From Schmidtea polychroa (lineage: Eukaryota), in the NCBI GenBank assembly GCA_044892525.1, contig CM097885.1:2110001-2174000 (forward strand): DNA of 64,000 nt, in the 5' to 3' direction. Under the pieces are notes generated by a model, which saw only the letters and a list, made by a program, of their open reading frames with translations, was not told the origin of the DNA and made no database searches. Every line of letters starts with the position of its first letter. Position 1 is the stretch's first letter. The position numbers and the translations under genes are program-made. This document shows positions 54,448 through 64,000 of the stretch, in pieces.

Positions 54448-54762
54448 TACAATATGAAGTTTTGTGGTCGCTAAATAAATGATTCAACAGTGCTCTCAGC
54501 ACTGTGAGCAAACATTAAAGGAGCAAGGCAAAAAGTTCTTAATAGGTCCATATAATAATTAATGAGTGATTACAACCGATAATATGCATGTTTTTATCAT
54601 TATACAAAACATTAAGTAGTTAATATTAAATAGAAAATGAATATTTTATGCTTAATACCATGGCAAGTCACATTCAACTTACCCATCTCTTTGCACGCCA
54701 ATTTCAACTTTTCACCAATCAAATTCAACCAAATTCAACTTTTTATACTCCAAATTTGTTTC

Positions 54763-56262
54763 TACACTCCAAATCCATATTTCTGCACTCCAAATCCATC
54801 TCTGCACTCCAAATCAATCTCTGCACTCCAAATCAATCTCTGCACTCCAAATCCACCTTTCTGCACTCCAAATCCATCTCTGCACTCCAAATCCATCTCT
54901 GCACTCCAAATCCATCTCTGCACTCCAAATCCATCTCTGCACTCCAAATCCATCTTTCTGCACTCCAAATCCATCTTTCTGCACTCCAAATCCATCTCTG
55001 CACTCCAAATCCATCTCTGCACTCCAAATCCATCTCTGCACTCCAAATCCATATCTGCACTCCAAATCCACCTCTGCACTCCAAATCCATTCCTGCACTC
55101 CAAATCCATCTCTGCACTCCAAATACATCTCTGCACTCCAAATCCATCTCTGCACTCCAAATCCATCTCTGCACTCCAAATCCATCTCTGCACTCCAAAT
55201 CCATCTTTCTGCACTCCAAATCCATCTTTCTGCACTCCAAATCCTTCTCTGCACTCAAAATCCATCTCTGCACTCCAAATCCATCTCTGCACTCCAAATA
55301 CATCTATCTGCACTCCAAATCCATCTCTGCACTCAAAATCCACCTCTGCACTCCAAATCCATTCCTGCACTCCAAATCCATCTCTGCACTCCAAATACAT
55401 CTCTGCACTCCAAATACATCTATCTGCACTCCAAATCCTTCTCTGCACTCCAAATCCATCTCTGCACTCCAAATACATCTCTGCACTCCAAATCCATCTC
55501 TGCACTCCAAATCTATCTCTGCACTCCAAATCCATCTCTGCACTCCAAATCCATCTTTCTGCACTCCAAATCCATCTTTCTGCACTCCAAATCCATCTCT
55601 GCACTCCAAATCCATCTCTGCACTCCAAATCCTTCTCTGCACTCAAAATCCATCTCTGCACTCCAAATACATCTATCTGCACTCCAAATCCATCTCTGCA
55701 CTCCAAATCCATCTCTGCACTCCAAATCCATCTCTGCACTCCAAATACATCTATCTGCACTCCAAATCCATCTCTGCACTCCAAATACATCTCTGCACTC
55801 CAAATCCATCTCTGCACTCCAAATCCATCTCTGCACTCCAAATCCATCTCTGCACTCCAAATACATCTATCTGCACTCCAAATACATCTATCTGCACTCC
55901 AAATCCATCTCTACACTCCAAATCCATCTCTGCACTCCAAATCCATCTCTGCACTCCAAATACATCTATCTGCACTCCAAATCCATCTCTGCACTCCAAA
56001 TACATCTATCTGCACTCCAAATCCATCTCTGCACTCCAAATCCATCTCTGCACTCCAAATCCATCTCTGCACTCCAAATACATCTATCTGCACTCCAAAT
56101 ACATCTATCTGCACTCCAAATCCATCTCTACACTCCAAATCCATCTCTGCACTCCAAATCCATCTCTGCACTCCAAATACATCTATCTGCACTCCAAATC
56201 CATCTCTGCACTCCAAATACATCTATCTGCACTCCAAATCCATCTCTGCACTCCAAATCTGC
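54763..56262. repeat. 1.5 kb 19/21-bp minisatellite
   Basis: tctgcactccaaatccatc tandem with +2 nt variants. Confidence 0.97.
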
Positions 56263-57099
56263 AAATTACTCAAGTTATTAATCACGAGTATCGAGTAAAT
56301 TTAAGTTAAAGCAAGAAAAGCAACTAAATTGATTTTACCGATTGCAGAAATCAGAATCAGTAGTTAATTAATTGTCGATTCCAAGTTATATGACAGGAGC
56401 TATTCTTCCATGAGGGTTGCAATGTGCACGCGATATGCACGCAATATTGTAATATTGTATTATTTACATCGTTATAAATTGGTAATCAATTATGCTGATC
56501 AATAAATGCTTATATTGTTTGGAATTCGTTACAAGTTATATTCGATTGGCGTTGTTAAATAATAATTATTATTATTAATATTTTCAGTATATAAATATGC
56601 AACCAATTCATAAATATTCAGTTACCTTGACCTGGGCCGCCTCTGAGTCCCAGTATTGCTTCTAGTAAATACCTTCGTTAGTATTAATGAACTAAGTTTT
56701 AATAATAATTTGCTACCTTTCTTCCTCTGCAGAGAAGCAGCTAAAATCAATTTCATTAAGGAGGAGGGGGGCGGTGGCGCTTATGAAGTAACCTGTAAAA
56801 TGATAATTGAAGCCCAAGTTTATCAAAAATTATTTTCCTAAGGCAAAGGTCTGCTTTTACAAGAAAATTAAAAACATTCTTTTAAAAGATTTAAATCTTG
56901 CGAGTTCTGCGTCAATATTATAATTGTAAGTTAATGATTTTGTAGATAATAATGCCGTCCACTTGTCCAGGTCAAGCATTCTCTTACTTCCAAAACAAAT
57001 TAATATCGGTACGTGCTCCAATTTAAAACTTATTGCATTTTTTATTTTTGAAGTGTAAAAATTACATCTCGCCTACACACAGAATACCTCAAGAACAGG

Positions 57100-57800
57100 G
57101 CATGACAAACGTATTGATTATGGCTAGTTTCCCTAAGGCGATTGTTTCCATCAAATATTTTCCACTACTAACCTAGGCGGGAAAGCAAATGAAGACCAAC
57201 TGAAATTTCCAATGAGAAACGAAAATTTTGTCAGAAAATTGTTTTCTCTGAACGCTAAATTGGCATCAATGAACTGAGGAAACGTCTCTACATCAGTACT
57301 TGCTCTACTCATGACACCCTTAGGGATTTTGGCATCAGGAAACTCTGCTAGCAATTTGCTCCCAGATTCATTAATGATGAAATGGCTGTTCATTGTCTGG
57401 GTTTACTGCAAATACAACCTGAAACTCTACGACAAATAAGGCGATGCTTTTCTTCAAAATATTGTGACCGAAGATGAGACTCTCATTAGAATTTATGTCC
57501 CTGAGAGCGGGAGAGACTGTGCAGATTGGTGAATGCCAATTAAATCAGCTCCACGCCAGCTCCGTTGACTGTGTGAATTATCAACATTACAGTGAACTCA
57601 TGCGTGATGTGAGGAAGTATCCAGGCTTGCCTTTCTGATTGTTGTAAGACAACGTTCCTCTCCACGACCACAACAAAAGAGTGTGGGTTCCAACATGTTC
57701 CATACAGCCTGATTTTGTGCTAATCGTTCATCTCAAACAACATTGATAAAGCCACCATTTTCAATCCGCAGAAGAGCTAAAGGAGAAAGAGGAGAATATC
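57100..57800 (+). mobile_element. Degenerate mariner transposase remnant
   Basis: DAFLQNIVTEDETLIRIYVPES (~57443-57510) resembles mariner FL.RIVTGDE.W..Y.PE. DN.P.H near 57650 and a broken PYSPD near 57700. Many stops. Confidence 0.65.
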
Positions 57801-59959
57801 TTGACTTCTCTTGCTTCAAATTTCTTCAAAAATGTATTTTTGTAACTCCTTAATAGTTGGAAGAGATGTGTAGATGAAAAGAGGCTTATACATTGAGAAA
57901 TGAGTTATTGTTGGAGTGTGTAACTGTAATAAAAATTTGAACTTGAGTTGACTTTTTATTCTTGTTGAGTCCATTGACTTACCTAACGCACCACGTAGAA
58001 CTGTTGGCACCTGCTATAAGCTGATTTTTGCAATGAATTAGATACGGTTAGAGTTTATGTGAATCTTATTTACCTTTTTGCACCTCCTTCTACTAATTAT
58101 GATCATTGGTTACGTAACGTAATTTCCGTCATCAATAATCTGATTCGAAGTGCACAGATAATCCTTATTACTCAAAATGGTAAAAAGATCTTATCTTAAT
58201 GGAATAATACTTTGAAATCTTTCTATGTAAACATTCCCACGTGCCGCATAATTTCCACACGCACGACATTACGCATTTTCGTGACGTAATGCATGGATTA
58301 ATAATAATAATAATAATAATAATTTATTATTATTATTACTATTACTATTAGATTATTTGATGTTCTCGAAGAGCGAATGGTTCAGGTGAATTGCGGGCAC
58401 AGTGATGACATAAGAAGCCTCGCAATTCTCCCTGCAAAAAATCAGGTTGGGTCGAATTCTCGGGCGAGAAATTTTAACTAATTTTCCAGTTTGTTTCTGC
58501 TGGCGAAGATGGTCAGCTGCTGATATGGAACAATTGGTCGCGACCAAGGAAATACACCGGATCTAGATTCGCTGACCTCTGATGTCCAATTGGATCTTGA
58601 TGCCACCAATATTTGCTTTCAAATGAAATATATTCCTTGACGTGTTTCAGTTTTGATTTGATATTATGATATTTGTTTTTCTTGTTGCCTTGGCTGTCGT
58701 TATTTTGCATAACCGAATGTTGATGCACCTCTTGTGACGTGTGCAAATATATAGGAATATCGCTGTCTCATGGGAAAGGTTGAGGAGGTCTAGCTTAACA
58801 TCACTGAGAAAATACAAAAACACCCAAAATGGAATTATTTTACTAGCATGTTATTAATCTAGTGAGAGGATAACCGGGGGGAGGGTGCAAGGAATCATGG
58901 AAGGTTATGTCCAATGGGTGAATAATACAAATAATAAGTAAATTTTAGGGCTTGCATTTTGATTTGATAAAGATATGATATAATTATTATTCACATTATT
59001 ATTATATTTTATTATTATTATTATTATTTCTATTCAGCATTTTTAGGGAATTTTGCAATCATTGCGATAAAAAGTGAGTAAAAACTATTTTAATTTATAA
59101 ATTATTCCATATCAAAATAATAGTCAAATATTTCTATTTTCCCTAAAGATTTTTCTCAACAAGTCTATCAAGTTATTTCCATGGCCCCTTTATCCCCATT
59201 GCAGTAATTTGTCAATTTTGCTATTTTTTTAACTCTATTTGATTCGTTTTTACCAGTAGGCTTTGAGGTCATCGGGAGGGGTTAACTTCATAAGGCTTGG
59301 CTATATATAGCAGTTCAAATTATACAAATTAGACATAGATTCATTATTATCCAACATAAAGCCCTATGATGGAAATGAAAGTCAAAGAAACCGTAGAGTC
59401 ACCAGTCTAAAACAAAACTTTACAAACCTAACAGAAAGCCTTGATAACTCAAATAACGTTGTCAAATCTCATTTTACCCATCCTCGTTTTGCTAAAGAAA
59501 GCTCCCCTCATTTATCCCTTTTTATAAATGAAAAGTCTTACCTTTTACACAAAGAAATGAGGTCACCTAATAATAAAAACCCCCTGCCCTTCCCAAAAAA
59601 ATATTAAAGCTAAAATCTAATATCACAAATGATGGTTCAAAATTTAAATATTTTTAAAATTATTTCTTAATATTTTAATAAAATCAATAAAAATGTAAAA
59701 AAAACAAAAATTATGCAATAATAAACATCAATAATAAATATTTGTTTACACATTACACAAGGTTTTATTTCTTATTTATTAAAAATTCATAATTTTTTTT
59801 CAAAAAATTGAATAATTATTAAAATCAAATTTGTTTAAATTAATTGAAATAAATTTTTTCCTATTTAATTAATCAAATGAATGAAACTTTCAAGGATTTG
59901 AGCCTGGACCCTAACCGTTTCTCCCCGATTGCCAACTCCACCGCTTATAGGAATCCAAA

Positions 59960-62900
59960 ACGCAACGAGTATATATTTTTTTAAAAAACAATTTTCAAAT
60001 ATAAAACATTTTTTGAATTATTTAAGCAAAAAACTACATTTACAGAAATGTGAAAAGATTGATCATTTTCGAAGGGTATGGAATGGTATTTCTGGAATGG
60101 CTCTCACCGTTATTATCCTCATCTTTAGGATCAGCCATGCTTCATTATGAAAACAGAAAACGATTTCCCCGCCGCTACAGTCATTGATTTTGATGTGGGT
60201 ATTTGTTGATTGTGGGACTGCCATTATTTATTACCCCTCTTCAACCAGGAGAAGTCTAAAGATCCTAAACGGCCATTCGAGATGTCAAAGCTCAATATTT
60301 TGGATAACTTACTTGAAAATAAAAGCGATTCGATAAACATCACGAAGTTTGCAACTGGTATTAAAATAGAGGAAATTTCACATTTAGTAAGACATTTTTC
60401 GTAGAATTTATTGAGAAAGCCTATCCGAAAAGTAAGGAAAATCAAGTTGTAGGAGATTCGATAAAGATATTTTCCCGGACGAATTCCCTTCTTTGGATTG
60501 CAGTTAATCTTAATGAACCAACGTAAGGATTTATTCGCTTCTTCTCAAACTTTTCTGGACCGCCACTCTCCGTTTGTTTAGCAAAATCTGTCAACCAAAT
60601 CATCAAATAATTAATTTGCTTATTTATTAACAGCGTCACAATATTATAATAAATTAATATTATTGGAAACACAACAACTTATTTGCGCGTTGACAAATCT
60701 ATGAGTAGTATGTGAGATGTGAAATTAATGCTAGATTCTACCCAGTCAAATCGCATGGTTCAAGTAGTTAGTAAGGCACAAAACCATTTCAAGCCTTCCT
60801 AGTGAGTATTGTCCATAATTATGTTAGGAATATGTTAGACTTAACCTTTAACCTTTGCTAGCCAGTTAATTTATACACGTAATAATTACGCAATGGATTA
60901 TACAAGAGAATTATTATGAATATTTAGGGATTAATTAAAAATATTATATCCAATTTCCTTTGAACATTACCTTCATTTCGTGATATCTTTCCCATATAAC
61001 AACCCCATTATTAACATTCAGAGGCAAACGGAGAGTAGCGGTTTCTTAATTCGGCGTTCATTTGAATTGATTTATGGGCCCCTATATTATGATGATAGGG
61101 GAGTAAAATTAATAAGATAATCCATTGCCATAATTCCTGTTACCAATCGATTATTTTAATCTTTCCCCTAGAACAAGGGAGCTTATAATCTTTTCCGAAT
61201 CCCCGACCGCTCAAAGAGTGAATATTTCAACAATGTCCGAAAGTTTCAAGGTAAGAATATCTAGTTAGCATTGAAAGGCAAACTTTGTAAATCCAGTTCA
61301 TTGAAGGTAGGGAGTTATCATCAGCAATTAATGTCTGCTTGGTGCCCAATGTCGAGAACCGTTTCACCGTCGTATTCCAACCGACAGATTATTCGTATTG
61401 TGCTGGAAATATCCTCATTGACTGCCAGTCAAAGAAATTCAAAGTCTGATTGGAAACCATCTCTATGCTGATGATAATTATATTCTAGGTCCACCTATTT
61501 GGTTATGCCTGCCCACCAAAGATTATTATCCATGAACCAAAAAGGCTGCTATATGACACTGAAAATGAAAAATCAAATAGGACAGTAGAGATATCCGTCA
61601 CAAATGTCGCACCAAGGACGGCCTTCGTTTCTTTCTATGATGTTAGTAATTCTGGAATTATATTTTCACCGAAAAAGCTTTTAGTTAATCCAAATGAAAT
61701 TATGGTAAGTGTCAAGGTCAATCGGTCTGAATTTACTGATTTATTTCCAGTCTGTCCAAATTACTCTCCCAAAAAGTAATAGCAATAAACGTTATGAATA
61801 TGGAGTTCTCTATGTCGATGAAAGCCTTCGACGTGCTACCAAAGAATAGTAAGTTTCCATTAATCTCTCCGAAAGGTTTTATCGCGTTTATCTAGCTACG
61901 CGAAGAGTTTAAAGAAAAAGTCCAAAATTTTCAATGACATGGAAATATTCCTTCCTTTTCCCGAGGAAGGTGGAAGGAATTTTGGTAAGGATTCTTTTAG
62001 TTATTATTATAAACTCTTCTCGCAAACATTCGGTTAAAGGGTCACAATAAATATTTACACTTTTAATGAGCATGACCAAATGTGGCTTGCACTGATTCCT
62101 GTCCCTGGCTTTTGTACACACCGCTAAAAGCAGCTCATGATTTTGCAACAAAACATTCACCATATAAGATTTATATAGATTTCGATAAGGCCGTCTAACA
62201 GTTCACTAGAACAAATAAATATATGGATAAACTAATAATCGGGCTTATATATAATGATTCTTTTTAGGCCCCCCCCCCCTGAAAAGAAGTAACACCGAGG
62301 AAAGTGATACATTCTAATCTTCATTATTATTAGTATGCCAAGTCCATAAGGTGAAAGGATTAATTTATATTTACAGAGAAATGGCTGACAGCAAATTATA
62401 TCCACGATTTGAAGCAGCAAATAGAAATGAATTTCTTTGAGAAAACAATAGAATTGAACGACCTGAAGTATAAACGCAAGGAAGACTGCCAATTACTAGA
62501 GTCCATTGACGTGCCGAGTATTGACGTAAGGTCTGTCGGGAGTTCTCCAAATGCAAGACATGAAAGGGATTTATCAAATAATGTCTATATTACCAAATAT
62601 TTGAACAACCTGAGAACTTTATCCAAAGGAAAACTGGAAAATGTTCTCATAGGAAGAAATGAATACGAATTTCCCGTGACTTCTCTCAAGGATAAGTCCA
62701 GTAATAACTGTTGTATTTCGTTTCCCCCATCAGATTGTTCCAGTTTTAGGAATTGTTATCCAGAATTTCAATGAGAATCTTTTGAATTGGAGCATCGTCC
62801 ATATAAACCCACAAGACTCGATGGCGATCATCGGGGAGAGCAAAGGCACAATATCAGATTTCCAAGTAATCCCGATCCAGTTCCAACCGCAACTTATTGG

Positions 62901-63382
62901 GAAAATATCCTGTGAATTCATAGTGAGAGTCTGGAATTCCGAAGACGATTCGTATAAAGAAAAGCTAATCAAAATAAAAGGAATTTGTATAAATGTAAAT
63001 GTATTTTGCTATTGGATAAAATATCTAATTTATTATTTAGACAAGCGCAACTCAGCTCTCAGTCCCCTGTGTCCCTTCTAGAATTCCAGGATTCAAAGCG
63101 GATCGGGAAATTATATTCGAAATCCAGAAAATGAAGTCTCCAAGAAAGATTTCCAAATCCATCAAAATATCCAATGACAAAAAGAATTTCATGCAGATAT
63201 TTACCTGGACTCAGCTACCGTTCCAGATAAAGAGGTATTTACAGCTCGAGGTACACAAACAATCTGTAAATGTCGTCCTTAATGTGAAAAATCTGACAAA
63301 AGATTTTTCGAGTCATAAGTTAATTTTTTTCGATATTGAAGGAAACGCATCAGTCACGAAATTATTTGTCCGGGAAACTTAG
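59960..63382 (+). CDS. Unidentified multi-exon gene, possibly with Ig-like/ASH-type repeats; boundaries approximate
   Basis: Series of coding-like segments separated by ~45-50 nt GT-AG gaps, e.g. EKSKDPKRPFEMSK..., KQQIEMNFFEK..., GTISDFQVIPIQFQPQLIGKISCEFIVRVW. No full model built; family assignment is tentative. Confidence 0.45.
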
Positions 63383-64000
63383 CAAGGGGTCGAGGATATG
63401 GAGATTTTCTTTTGACGAGATTATTTAATAGATTTTATTCATTATCGCTTATTTATCGTTCTGATGGTCATTTTGTGGAGAGGGGAGAAAGGGATACTTT
63501 TATATCTTTTATGATTGGTAATTACAGGCTTACCGGAGGAGGGCAAACGGATGAAAGCAATAAAGGTAAGCAAATGAAAGGTCAATGTCAATGCATTTGC
63601 TGAATGGGCACGTTTCAACTAAAAATTTAAATAATAAAATACAATTCAATAAAAAAAATTCATTCAATAAAAATCCTTCGTTGCTATGTTTCGGTCACCA
63701 GCTTTTCTCTTCTTCCCCTTCCTCAGTCTAAGCGCCTGATCTACAAAATAACAATTTTAAGTAAAAAATATCTTAAATCATCAGCCCATCACAAGCTACT
63801 ATATTGTGTTTTAAATAAAATTATGTTTAAATTACCATTCCGACAACGGTTACACGATTGAATTCGTAAAACACAATTTTCGATGATTTCAAATAACCTC
63901 ACAAAAACTTATCCAAAAGAGTTCAACCAAAACTCCTTGTATGCCATTTAACCATTGAATCTCTTCAACAAACTTGACTTGACCCAACAAGAAACCTATA

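Noticed and set aside
54637..56309. Two 553 aa ORFs and several antisense ORFs
   Set aside because: Stop-free 19/21-bp minisatellite open in many frames.
58095..58300. Possible Harbinger-like MITE
   Set aside because: Inverted match too short and degenerate; no clear TSD.

Overview
AT-rich eukaryotic genomic DNA. Tiny 42-51 nt GT-AG introns, abundant (AAT)n and multiple TRAF copies suggest an invertebrate such as a planarian flatworm; this is inference only. Positions 1-12948 are the right-hand part of a Maverick/Polinton (adintovirus-like) endogenous DNA virus with all genes on +: packaging ATPase (3' end), small basic protein, DDE integrase with chromodomain, frameshifted minor capsid, core-like protein, major capsid, adenain-like protease and protein-primed PolB. 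It ends in a repeat-rich terminal region closing with ACTACT. The main novelty is that several viral genes appear to carry host-type spliceosomal introns. One sits beside an integrase catalytic Asp and one in the protease. Four phase-1 introns join an unannotated acidic module with SUMO-interacting-motif-like sequences (from 5551) in frame onto the pPolB. A small myristoylation-motif ORF overprints the integrase start. Host DNA beyond the element holds an intact TRAF gene, a ~4.3 kb inverted duplication of TRAF pseudogene fragments, NDUFA9, and a ~15 kb WD40 gene. The WD40 introns contain a 2 kb almost pure (AAT)n intron, MITEs and a decayed Penelope RT. The window ends with satellites, a mariner remnant and an unidentified multi-exon gene. 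All splice models were read by eye and are not confirmed by transcripts.
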